From Phoronis australis (taxonomy: Eukaryota > Animalia > Phoronida), in contig NMRA01000232.1 of assembly GCA_002633005.1 (NCBI GenBank), positions 298,866 through 362,865 of the forward strand: a stretch of 64,000 nt of DNA, read 5' to 3'. Below the pieces are notes generated by a model. It was not told the origin of the DNA and ran no database searches. It worked only from the letters and a program-made list of their open reading frames with translations. This document shows, one piece after another, positions 28,801 through 39,100 of the stretch (its first letter is position 1; every line of letters begins with the position of its first letter). Both the position numbers and the translations under genes were made by a program.

Positions 28801-31800
28801 TTGTTTTGTTGGCTAAAAACGAAACTCGTAATTAGTCGTTTTACTCTCATATAGCCAATCTGATGATATTCTCAACCGTGATAGGATTATATTTCCTCTA
28901 CTGTGAAGAACATCGAATATCATCACCGAAAAGCTTCAGAGTTTAATGGGGTTGGCCAACCATCAAATTGCGAATTCGAAAATGACGCACGTCACATATG
29001 ACTTGAGATGTCGGCTCATTCGGCAAAAAATCAAAATTTAATGAGCGTGTTAAGGTTTTTTTTAACTCCAAAACGATAAGGTTAATAATTTAACATTGAC
29101 GGCTGAACAAAGGCTAAACAACTGGTTATAAGTCATCAGAATGAAGTGTCCGAAATGTTAACGTAAAGAGATTTACAGTCATACCTTTGTGAAAATTTTA
29201 TTCCAAGAGCTTTTGCTGAAACACCATGCTTGAAATAGGCCCACAACTTATTTATTTTTATATTGTATTTCACCACTGTCTGTTACTTTTACAACATTCG
29301 GGTTAAGAGCTGGGAAAATGACATTATTTGAATTTCAGACCGCCAGCGAAGCAATTGAAAATATTCGCACCATCCAAAGCCTTGCAAGAGAAAGTTTATT
29401 CTACGAAAAATACTGCGATTTAATTTATAAGCCCTACAGGTAATTTTACTCTCTTGTCGTATACATAAAAATGTACTTTTTGAACCATTTTTTGAGTAAT
29501 TATTGCATTTAATCAACATGTAGAGAAACTGTGGACCAGAACTCGCGCGTACATGTGTGTTAATGCTTTAGTTGACGAAAAGTCTAGACTTTTGTGTCCG
29601 TAAGTTATCCGCCGAAAAAATAATTGTACAGATGCTGACTTTTGGTACTCGCGAATTGCGATGAGGGCTTAACATGACTTAAGGTCTATTATTTAGACTT
29701 AAAGCCTGACAAGAAATTCATCGTCGCGTAAACCTCAGAACTAAACAGACCCTATCCATTTCTAAGCGCAAATACCAGAAAAATATCTTGTCACTTTTAG
29801 GGAAAACATGAAACAAGCTCACATCTACGGTGTGGCCTATGGCTTCTCGCAGTCATTTCTATTCTTCATGTATGCCGGTGGGTTCTTCCTTGGAGGCACT
29901 CTAGTGAAAATGGAGCTGATGCAACCGTTTGAAGTGTACAGGTGACATATTATTCGTCTTGACGTCTGAACAGCTGTTTACTTCAAATTAAGTTGATGTA
30001 AATTCTTTAGTTCTATGCAAAAACGTGTAGAACGAAATAAGCGTCCCGATTACTGATTCGGAACTATCCAACCATCCAAAAGCGTATAGGTGGTTTATTT
30101 ACTAAGTCAAACAGCTGGCCACTTAGTGACCAGTGACCTCTGTTGCTGGTAGGTTACGAATGAAGGTGGTTCGACTTCGCGGAGGGAGCAAACTGGAGCT
30201 ATTGTTTACACTTATCGAAAAATGTTCTTTCATGTTAGAAGAATGTAATTGTATCACAAGCTCCTTCCAAAGATGAAAAGGATGCTGGAAGTTGAGAAAT
30301 CGGGGCTATCATGGGGACATACGGCTACTGTAGACATTTCACACGAACGTTAACTGATCAGGGCAACGCAAGTCCTCGGTACCACGTCTGCCTGTTTATA
30401 TTGTTTCAAGAACTCGCACACCAACAAGTGCTGCAGCGCTTACTCTGGCAAACCCGCGCTCTACGGACAGTTTCCCTTTCAAACAACTTTAAACAGTGGT
30501 TGGCACTGGCGAGTGGTTACGCATTTTCCTGTTCTTTACAGGAGTTTCTTTGCCGTTTCCTTCTCAAGTATGATTGTAGGCCAAGTTGTGTCCTACCTAC
30601 CGGATTACTCCAAGGCAAAGCACGCTGCCGGTGTCATTCTGAAGATTTTCAACTCTCGTCCAAAAATCGACAGTTTTTCCACCTATGGTAGACGACTGGT
30701 AAGGGCATTGTCAAGAAATGCAGCTGAGGGCGTAGTACCGTTAAATCGTTAATGGTCATGACCAAAATAGGCGATTAATTCTTAAGTTACACTGATAGTT
30801 GCAACAGGTGAGGATTTGAAATGACCACAGGCAAAAAATTCGTTTAGCCTTAAGAGTGACCAACCTACAATAGATTGTCCTGCTCAAAAGTGAACGAAGA
30901 GCGACGGCCCCTAATACGAGAATCCGACCGAACGCGCCATTTTCATGTACTTAGGTAAAAAACTTCAATACAGTCTTATTTCCTCTTCCAAGCTACGACA
31001 TCTTGTTTTCTGCTATCTTCGAATTAAAGTTAGCTGCAATATTGATGTCTAGTATTCCCCTGGCGAAATACTGCTTCGGTGGCTGAAACTAATTCGCATT
31101 GAAAAGCAAACCCCCATGACCTTGACACGAAGTAATGACCGCCGATTTTACGGAAGCCTAGAACTCATTTCTAACCTGTACTGAGTAAGGAATAACACGA
31201 GACTATTTTATAACATATAGTGGCTTAACCATTGTGAGATGTATCGCAGTAGTCAGTACTGGACGTGATGGAACGCCAATGACTGATCGCTTCTCCTCGC
31301 AACGCCACAACTTTCTTGTGTTGGTCTCTCTCTTGAACGATAAAATAATTTACCTGTCGGAATCAGAAATTAGATAACTTTGTCCAAAAGTGTAAATGCT
31401 GTATCGTCAATAAATGGAGCACATGTCTTGCTTGTAAAAGTTAATTAGTTTTCAGTGTAACTTTTGTTGCTATTTTTGTTGTTTTTTCCAAGGTCGATTG
31501 CAAGGGCTCCATTCACTTTGACGACGTCATGTTCAGTTATCCAAACCGACCAAACGTGAAGGTGCTCAAAGGACTCGATCTAAAAGTGCCGTCTGGACAA
31601 ACAGTGGCCCTTGTGGGTCCCAGTGGCTCGGGCAAGAGTACAGTGATATCATTGCTTCAGCGATTTTATGATCCACACCTAGGAAAGATCGTAAGTATAC
31701 GACGATCTATTGTTCGCAATAATTACAACTTCAATTCCATGTGATACCAATCACAAACTGTATTTTTATCATGACTGGCTTTTTGGTACATTCCATCTGT

Positions 31801-34800
31801 GAATTCAAGTCACGGACACTTTCTGACAAGTCGCCTGTGAAAAAGCGTAAAAAAGCGTTCACTGCTGGGAATTCAAGTAGACTAGTTCACGTGGTCTTGC
31901 CAATTCACCAAAGCTATAGAGTATCATTTGTCTCGCACTTATCATTATTTGAAACTTGGACACTACCATACGAACGAAACTGAAATACTTGTTCGCTAAC
32001 GATTTGCAGACCCTTGACGGCGAAGATATTAAAAACTTTAACGTGGCGTACCTTCGCAGTCAAATCGCAGTGGTTAGTCAGGAACCAGTGCTCTTTGACT
32101 GCACCATCCGGGACAATATGACGTATGGTCTGCCAAGGAGCGTTACAGATGAAGAGCTCATTAAAGCTGCCGAAACTGCCAACGTACATCGATTCATCTC
32201 AAGTCTTCCGGATGTAAGTTCGATCAATAGCGGAGTTGCAACCGAATCGATTTAACGATTGCGCATGTCCGGAAATTAGGGTGCGCAAAGGCTACTGGGA
32301 TTGTTGATGGTAAACGGGATGACCGACTGGTTTGCACGACGTGTAATTTGTGTGCATTAAACTACGCTGCTGTATGTAATTCTACACATATGGTGCATGT
32401 TAGGGCAATAGTCACTTACAAGCGTCCCGCCNACTGCCAACGTACATCGATTCATCTCAAGTCTTCCGGATGTAAGTTCGATCAATTGAACTACACATAT
32501 GGTGCATGTTAGGGCAATAGTCACTTACAAGCGTCCCGCCTTTTGTGACGTGACACAGTAATAGCAGGCATCAAAGTGGCGCTCAAAATCTGGGACACTT
32601 GTAAAAGTCTATTGTCCATCTTTGTATTTTTAAAGAGCCAAAATTGTAAACAGATAGGGTGAGATTTCCACCACATTTTATCAAACTGTTATGTTGCTCA
32701 CAGAAATCAGTTCATGGCCATTAATGGACAGTTTGTTTCCCTCGCACCGCCACTTCACTGAGATGGCTAACCAAATTACATGATTAGACTCGCGCTCATT
32801 CAATTTAAAAAATCGTTTCGTTTACAATTAAAAATTAAAGCTGTGTCCGACCATCAAAACTTTTCGACATGCACACATGAGTTAAGGTAGGTCGCTGACG
32901 GCAAACAAATTTAGTTTTAAATCTTGGCTCTTTACTTCTTCGTCCAACAAGAAAGTGATTGGTTTTCTTGGCCTTGCAGGGCTACAATACATTTGTCGGT
33001 GAGAAAGGAACTCAGCTTTCCGGAGGACAAAAGCAGCGGGTGGCAATTGCCAGGGCACTCTTATGCGATCCTAAAATCTTGCTCCTCGACGAAGCGACGT
33101 CTGCTTTGGACTCGGAGAGTGAAAAGGTAATTCCACACAATGAAAACTAGGGGCCTAGTGATGGGATTTTGCACCACAAGTGATTCCCGAACCCAGACTA
33201 GCAAATGAGTCTGGTCAGGGTCCGTGACCAACAAACGTTACTAAGAGCACAGGCACCTTTAATGAGCCCTCAACGATATACCATAATGAAGAGAAAAGTA
33301 AGTATACAACTGCTATTCAATATGGCCGCCAGCCAGGCACTTTCGGAATAACTCAAAGCATGTCAAATCTGCGAGTAAATTAAATCACATTTTATCTGCG
33401 ACTGCAAAACGTTAACTAGGTACATTTGTTGACATCGAAGCCAATAAATACCATAAATATACCTCCAGATTTTCCTAATTCAATCGGTAACATTCACAGC
33501 AAAGCGTAGTGCCCGAGATAACCCAGCTAATGCGCATGCTCATTTGGCCGCTGACAACATTAGCAAAACGCTTACATCAACTAAAACAGCAACAGTAAAG
33601 ACAGAGTAAACTGGTATAGAGTAGCTCACACGAGAATGCTATTGTTTACTCCGTAATCCACTACAATAACCAACTACAATAATTAATTCACATACAAACA
33701 TAATGATTTGGACAAGTCGAAGGAAATTGGAAGGCCTCCTTGAAATGTTGACCTGTTTTTCTTGTACCCAATGAGCGTGCTCCTGGAGTAGTACAAGGAA
33801 AATGTTGCTGTTAGAAAAATCTGGAGGTATTTATGGTATTTATTGGTTTCGATGTCAACAAATGTAACTAGTGAACGTGTTGCAGTCGCGATAAAATGCG
33901 ACTTAAATTACTCCAGATTTGACATGCTTTGAGTTATTCCGAAAGTGCCTGGCGGGCGGCCATATTGGATAGCAGTTCTATACCTTTCTCTTTATTATAG
34001 TATATCGTCGAGCGCTGAATAAAGATGCCTGTGCTCAGAATCTTAAAATGCTCAGCGGGTTTTACTCCAAACTGTATGTTACAAATGACGACCACCAAAC
34101 TTTAATTGAGTCTCTTCGAGACGCACTCAAGACTGGAGGTGCTTGAGCGTTACTGACAACTATACCATCTTTTGTTCTTCAGTTGCTATTGAAGTCTTTA
34201 GTGCGATTAAACAAGAAAAACAAAAAGGAAGCCCATTTTAAAACCTGGCGACCTCTGTACCCCTGTAAACGAGTTTTACAGTAGAAGTATGAAAAGTTCA
34301 TCGCCGTCCTTGGATTTTTCGAATAAAAAGTGCAATTGTAAATGGATTTTTTTGTGCTCCAGTTACGAGAAATAACAAGAGGCTGAGTAAAGTAGGATGG
34401 TGACGGGCCTAGATACTTACCACACTGGCTACAATCTGATTCGCATTATCAACATTTCAAATTTTCCCCACTTTCTGCATTTTTCTGACACGAATATGTA
34501 TTTCAATGCCTCTCAATGATTTTATTGTACGTAGTTTCTATTTTGGAGGTACGAAAATTCATAAAATAGATGCACAGTTGCACTGTAACCAAAACAATTA
34601 ATAAAAAAATTCAGCTCTAGTGACATGTGAGCAGTGGGCATGGTAATGGCAACGTTTATCAGCGTTTATCATCTAAATTATGGCTCAAATCACGGCAGGT
34701 TTATTGTAAAAGTTTGATTCCTATGGGCAGCCGACTGAAATACATAGATTGACCTCACACCTAATTAACCAATCAAGTACCATGCCTCAGACCACACTCA

Positions 34801-35529
34801 TTTGCAAATAGTGCGGGTTCGAGAATGACCGGGCTTGCGTAGTTTCGTTATACGGCATAGTGAGAACGCCGAAAGTAGGCTGTGTACTAATGAAAATATT
34901 ACTGCGCTTTTGATCAGTAAAGGTTATGCGTAGGCTGACGTTTTCGTCTGAATATGGCGTAGGGCAACGTACTATTGCCTCGGCAGATCGTACAATAGCG
35001 TAGTGTTGCTGTTGTCAGACTTGCGTAAAACTGCAAACACTTCCAAAGATTTACGTCAAAAACGTTAAGCTTTTCCGGTTGTTCACTCTCGTGTACTCAA
35101 TGCACTTTACTTCCCTCGGCGTATAGCCACTTGACGCACGCCAGCGAAGGTGCAGCGTAGGGCGTAAGGTTGAAGTAGTCATACTGGGAATGCCGCGACA
35201 GGAAAATTCACAACTGACTGCACGATTGCGTAGCTCTTCGTCAGCGCCAAGCCCAATTGCTTTATTATCTGCGCCATATTGTCTGTTCACAGAAAGTCCA
35301 GGGAGCCATTGACCGTGCACGAGAAGGAAGGACGTGCATTGTGATTGCGCACCGCTTGTCGACTATTAAAAACGCCGACAAGATTGTCGTTATTGACAAT
35401 GGAAAGGTTGTAGAACAGGGCAGCCACCAAGAGCTGCTGTCTGCAAAGGGGGTTTATTTTGCACTAAACGCCTCAAAGAGGCGACATGATGGCACTTCGT
35501 TACACAACATTGGGTCAGTTTCAGACTGA
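10841..35529 (+). CDS. ABCB1: ABCB1/MDR1-like P-glycoprotein (full ABC transporter TMD-NBD-TMD-NBD), 26 exons reconstructed, 5' start unresolved
   Basis: Phase-compatible exons: 10841-10889, 12622-12751, 13196-13311, 13939-14072, 14442-14613, 15841-15965, 16405-16576, 17017-17130, 17434-17544, 17886-18011, 18223-18426, 19412-19582, 21904-22114, 22758-22900, 24263-24406, 25105-25206, 25763-25924, 27440-27572, 28384-28454, 29339-29439, 29801-29941, 30542-30698, 31493-31690, 32010-32213, 32980-33126, 35293-35529 (3775 nt, ~1257 aa, no stops). Walker [18 protein letters not shown]-loop VSQEP x2, LSGGQKQR x2, [12 protein letters not shown] x2, IAHRLST x2. Exact paralog (ABCB1/4/5/11-like) not resolvable. 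Confidence 0.95.
12622..12751 (+). CDS. ABCB1: ABCB1-like exon, TM1
   Basis: [43 protein letters not shown]; ttccag / gtaag. Confidence 0.92.
13196..13311 (+). CDS. ABCB1: ABCB1-like exon, ECL1/TM2
   Basis: [38 protein letters not shown]; N-glycosylation sequon NGT; tgtag / gtacg. Confidence 0.85.
13939..14072 (+). CDS. ABCB1: ABCB1-like exon
   Basis: [38 protein letters not shown]. Confidence 0.93.
14442..14613 (+). CDS. ABCB1: ABCB1-like exon, TM3/4
   Basis: [18 protein letters not shown]...[15 protein letters not shown]. Confidence 0.93.
14850..15465 (-). mobile_element. MITE family A, degraded inverted copy
   Basis: 14935-15140 is reverse-complement similar to 37193-37370; 15390-15420 similar to 36840-36870. 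Confidence 0.65.
15841..15965 (+). CDS. ABCB1: ABCB1-like exon (GC donor)
   Basis: [30 protein letters not shown]; donor AG|gcaagt. Confidence 0.9.
16405..16576 (+). CDS. ABCB1: ABCB1-like exon, TM5
   Basis: YSKSVKESQ...[15 protein letters not shown]...TPGTVFT. Confidence 0.92.
17017..17130 (+). CDS. ABCB1: ABCB1-like exon, TM6
   Basis: [19 protein letters not shown]...LFEIIDR. Confidence 0.93.
17434..17544 (+). CDS. ABCB1: ABCB1-like exon, NBD1 A-loop
   Basis: EPPIDA...[21 protein letters not shown]. Confidence 0.92.
17886..18011 (+). CDS. ABCB1: ABCB1-like exon, NBD1 Walker A
   Basis: [27 protein letters not shown]. Confidence 0.95.
18223..18426 (+). CDS. ABCB1: ABCB1-like exon, NBD1 Q-loop
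   Basis: LDGEDIK...[23 protein letters not shown]...[11 protein letters not shown]. Confidence 0.95.
19412..19582 (+). CDS. ABCB1: ABCB1-like exon, NBD1 signature/Walker B (GC donor)
   Basis: [38 protein letters not shown]; donor AAG|gcgagt. Confidence 0.94.
21424..21651. mobile_element. MITE family B
   Basis: Short TIR AATAGCGG...CCGCTATT; inverted second copy at 32226-32383. Confidence 0.75.
21904..22114 (+). CDS. ABCB1: ABCB1-like exon, NBD1 H-loop
   Basis: [19 protein letters not shown]...[10 protein letters not shown]. Confidence 0.9.
22758..22900 (+). CDS. ABCB1: ABCB1-like linker exon
   Basis: [20 protein letters not shown]...[12 protein letters not shown]; strong ttttcag / gtaag; bridges phase 1 to phase 0. 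Confidence 0.78.
24263..24406 (+). CDS. ABCB1: ABCB1-like exon, TM7
   Basis: [35 protein letters not shown]. Confidence 0.92.
25105..25206 (+). CDS. ABCB1: ABCB1-like exon, TM8
   Basis: [34 protein letters not shown]. Confidence 0.9.
25763..25924 (+). CDS. ABCB1: ABCB1-like exon
   Basis: [17 protein letters not shown]...QDISWFDD...[11 protein letters not shown]. Confidence 0.93.
27440..27572 (+). CDS. ABCB1: ABCB1-like exon, TM9/10
   Basis: [32 protein letters not shown]...PILIIAG. Confidence 0.92.
28384..28454 (+). CDS. ABCB1: ABCB1-like exon
   Basis: [23 protein letters not shown]; 3' end duplicated by tandem repeat. Confidence 0.88.
28434..28726 (+). repeat. 76-bp tandem repeat x~3.9 spanning an exon end and splice donor
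   Basis: GAGGAAGCTGGCAAG|GTATTACTTTAACG with donors at 28455, 28531, 28607, 28683. Confidence 0.95.
29339..29439 (+). CDS. ABCB1: ABCB1-like exon
   Basis: [18 protein letters not shown]...KPYR. Confidence 0.92.
29801..29941 (+). CDS. ABCB1: ABCB1-like exon, TM11
   Basis: [30 protein letters not shown]. Confidence 0.93.
30542..30698 (+). CDS. ABCB1: ABCB1-like exon, TM12
   Basis: [29 protein letters not shown]...PKIDSFS. Confidence 0.93.
31493..31690 (+). CDS. ABCB1: ABCB1-like exon, NBD2 Walker A
   Basis: FSYPNRP...[27 protein letters not shown]. Confidence 0.95.
32010..32213 (+). CDS. ABCB1: ABCB1-like exon, NBD2 Q-loop
   Basis: LDGEDIK...[18 protein letters not shown]...[12 protein letters not shown]. 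Confidence 0.95.
32226..32383. mobile_element. MITE family B, deleted/truncated copy inverted relative to 21424-21651
   Basis: AATAGCGGAGTTGCAACCGAATCGATTTAACGATTGCGCATGTCCGGAAATTAGGGTG is the reverse complement of 21594-21651. Confidence 0.8.
32433..32540 (+). other. Local duplication next to an N: probable allelic contig overlap (assembly artefact)
   Basis: N at 32432; 32433-32486 = 32175-32228 and 32491-32540 = 32382-32431. Confidence 0.8.
32980..33126 (+). CDS. ABCB1: ABCB1-like exon, NBD2 signature/Walker B
   Basis: [21 protein letters not shown]...[16 protein letters not shown]. Confidence 0.95.
33245..34036. mobile_element. Foldback/MITE with ~230 bp inverted arms
   Basis: 33245-33478 is a near reverse complement of 33811-34036 (GAGCACAGGCA...TGCCTGTGCTC; GGCACTTTCGGAATAACTCAAAGCATGTCAAATCTG exact). 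Confidence 0.9.
35293..35529 (+). CDS. ABCB1: ABCB1-like terminal exon
   Basis: [31 protein letters not shown]...GVYFAL...stop TGA. Confidence 0.93.
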   Translation, partial: KVQGAIDRAREGRTCIVIAHRLSTIKNADKIVVIDNGKVVEQGSHQELLSAKGVYFALNASKRRHDGTSLHNIGSVSD

Positions 35530-35793
35530 CAACTTATTAGATGATTATCCAGTACATGACAGGCTAAGTAAAAATACCTATGTGTATGTGAATAAGATAG
35601 GGGGATAATTACAATTTAAGGGTTGAAAACAACAAAATCAGATTTTGAAACAGCGTTAGACAGCTGAAGGTTAATTAATGATGAAACGTTAACTAATTGT
35701 AGAGACTGAGAAAATTTTCCATTGTTTGTGACGGTACAAGTAATTAACATATTTAGGCATGAATAACACGAAGTTTGTGGAAGAGCACTGAGG

Positions 35794-35802
35794 TTTATTA
35801 AA
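35794..35802. terminator. Candidate overlapping poly(A) signals for both convergent genes
   Basis: TTTATTAAA = AATAAA on - (35794-35799) and ATTAAA on + (35797-35802), between stops at 35529 and 36010. Confidence 0.4.
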
Positions 35803-36009
35803 GGTTGTAACATTTGGAGTGACCGCATTACAGTGCATGCTTTTATGATAATTGTGTAAAAATCTAAATTCGAGTACCCTTTATAGGCGACATATTATAA
35901 GTAATTGCTTATTGTAGGTTTTGCATAATCTAAAATGCCTTACGACAAGTATATTGCCCGAAACATTTATCTAAGATCAAGATAATTTTAAATAACTCGA
36001 CGAAAAAAA

Positions 36010-36108
36010 TCATCGAATAACTACGTCATCTTGATACACTCCCGAGTCAGAATCTTGATCTCCTCTCTGTGACACCGAGCCGTAACTACGGATGGAATTG
36101 TGGAACAC
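36010..36108 (-). CDS. SLC18A-like putative terminal exon
   Basis: ttcttctag acceptor; VFHNSIRSYGSVSQRGDQDSDSGVYQDDVVIR stop; acidic tail as in VMATs. Confidence 0.7.
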   Translation of the reverse strand: MFHNSIRSYGSVSQRGDQDSDSGVYQDDVVIR

Positions 36109-39100
36109 CTAGAAGAACATAAATTACAAAAGTGATCCATTATTGTTAAATGGAACATTCTTCTAGTCATCCTTTGCGTGAACTATGTACGACATATAAG
36201 GCTTCTACAATATTTACACTACAGTAAATCCTAGCTCACGTTGTTTTATGAGAATATTGTCAGTGTAAACCGCGAGTTCCTGACGCAATTTGACATCAAT
36301 ACACGTACCGAATGTAAGTCTCACGGGAACAAACCTGAAGCAAACCGGACATGCGCGTGCATTCTCTTAGTTTGTCACTTCTCACTCTGGCGGCATTTGC
36401 TAGTTACTACACGGTAATGGTCTTACAAAACGTGCCCCGAATTTTGAGAACCAGTTTTCTCCACTGAATAACGGACATCAAACTGGTTCTCAAATTAGGG
36501 GCTTATATAAGACAATTGCCTACCACAACCCAGAACTAATTGTCGTCTCGTTCCCCACAGCTTAATTTTGTAGTTCAGTGCAAACGTTAACACTAGTAGG
36601 CACAGGACAATCTTGGAATAACTAGAGACTGACAAGTTCACAATTTCATTTTGTAATTAGGAATATCATATTAACAAAAAGTCGTTACTGAAAAAGCAAT
36701 GGTCGGCCACAGATGTTAACAAATATCCCCTTAATAGCTAGGCTTACCCACTACATCCCAGGGGCCCGTTTTGTGAAAAATGATTTAAGACTTAAAACCA
36801 AAAATGATCTTAAGACCGAAGTGGAAAGTTCGGAAAGGTCGTTTCATGAACACTAAGTCAGTTTTTGGTCTTCAGAAATAAATTCGGTTTGTGACATAGG
36901 TTAGCGTACAAACTGAGCTTTCGTATCCTGTTGCGAATTCATTAAACTAAGCGATGCAGTCTGTGAAGTACGGTTTCAAGAATAATCTTTGTCTTTAAAT
37001 TCTAAATGAGGATTTATTTACATTTGGATGTAATTGGGATTTCGTACATTTGAGACCCTGGTATAACACGGAAAATATCGATTCATATCTGCAGCAAGCA
37101 TGGGCGGCGCAGTACTGAAATAAGTGTGGGGGGTATAGCCCCCAACCCCCAATTGTGCACCGCCCATGGCAAGTCGCATAGCTTTGCATCCGACGGTGCT
37201 TTCCCAGTGCTCGATTCGAAAGTAGACGATCTTCAATTTGACACTGTTTTGAAAATATTCACAAAATATGTTCCTTAACAGTTTACAGTGATCAGATCGT
37301 CATTTGGACTAAAGGTCAAATCTTAAGCCTACTCCGTGTCAAGAGTCAGGCTATCTTTCGGTCTTATCTTAGCCTTACTTTGGTCATTTTAGGCCTTAAG
37401 AAATTTCGTGAACTGGGCCCAAAAAGACATTTTGGTTTTCTATTATAATTAGAATTTCCGTCAATGAAATAGTAGATTCGACTCCAGCGTATTTCAGAAC
37501 GTTTACAAGTTTATCAGCACAGACACGTACCTGATACAATGGCGGGTCTTTTGTTTTGCTATCAGTCTCCAAATTTTTGAAACAAACACACGCAAACGAG
37601 AACAAAATCAAAACGACCCCTGTACCTCTGTACAACCTGTAAAATAACCAATTTAAACATTTCTAAATCAATTAATGAATGCCACCATGACATCAAAGAG
37701 TTATATAAGTAAAGTAGTCATATTAAAGAGGTATTTAGTTTTGTAAACATATAAATAACTTTGAGTTCATTCCAGCTCGACTGCAACAAAATTTGAGAAA
37801 GCCACATGTTCGTAAAAAGCGTGCAACATCGAAGTTTAATAATAGACAGTTATTGACGAATGGTGTTTAAATGAGCCTGGAGTAAGTCTCAGATACGGCC
37901 AGAGACTGCTCATACAGAAATCTTACCAATCAAATCCCACGATGTTCAGCAACTGCCCTCCAAAAACGGGTCCTGAAGGTGAAGAGAAAAGAAGTTGAGC
38001 ACGTGATGCACAGCCTTGTTCAAATAAAACCATTAGAAGCAACTGGTGTGAGAAACGAGCTTTGGGACATGGTTTTGATGGTTTTTGAACGACCACCTTT
38101 TCTTGCAGACGTTGTGCGAATAGTTCTTATTTTATCGTGGGAAATCATGGCATGCAGGTTTTCTCGAAGAAAATAATATTAAGAATTAGACATGGTGTAG
38201 AGGAATTACTATAGACGTTTAGCCAGTGCTACCTCAAGAGCCAGTAAGTTGTACACGAAGTTAACGCTAATGCGTAAGAAGAAATCGATTGAATGAACCA
38301 ACTAGTCTGGCGTATTTCATGAATCACGCTCCTTTAGTTGCAAGTAGCGGACATCAAGCTATCGGTTTATTTCTGACACTAGAGACAGCTGGCTGAATGC
38401 TCCACGCCATTTGACGTGATTTACGGGTTTATCTTCAACAACAGTAACTCACCGAACACCAGACCGAAATTGTAGGAGAAACAGTATAGACCATAAACCA
38501 CACCATAGTGCGAATGATGGCGTAAATCGGCCAGATAAGCTAACAGAGGGCTCGTCACACCAAGGCTCACTCCTAGACCGATTCGGGCGAGAGACTCGGG
38601 ACCGATAGTCTCCCAAATATTCTCACAGAGTGGATACTACAAAGCAACAAGGTTATGCCTACGTTAGCCATACAAACAAGTGAGTCAGCTGAGCCATCCT
38701 CCAGGTGGGGCGAGATCTGTCCGGACCCTACTGGTAGGCAACAACACAGTTTGTGTACTATTTGGTTTTCTCTGTAGTTTCATGAGTTTCCGTAAGCCAA
38801 CTTGGTTTTTTTTGTAAGAGCTGTTCCGTTTATAACGTATAAATCATCAAAAACCCGATAGCCCAATACAGTTCCTAACATACGGTATAACTCTCGAAAA
38901 ATAGAAAGGTTACCAGCATTAAACATTTTGCATAAAACACAATGATCATATTTAACAACGCTCCTTACCAGCAGCAGCCCGGTTCCGTACACAATCAGAC
39001 CAGCGCAGCAGAAGATCCACTTTCCACACGATACCGAAAATATGGCGGTTAACGTTTGTGCACCGCATTGACAAACGGACGCCACGACGAACACCAAACC

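Noticed and set aside
32433-32471. Genuine duplicated ABCB1 exon
   Set aside because: Identical partial copy starting exactly at an N with no acceptor; best explained as allelic overlap.
34785-34830. tRNA or tRNA-SINE (GGTTCGAG B-box)
   Set aside because: No cloverleaf or A-box; matches a tiny repeat also present inverted at 33180-33216.
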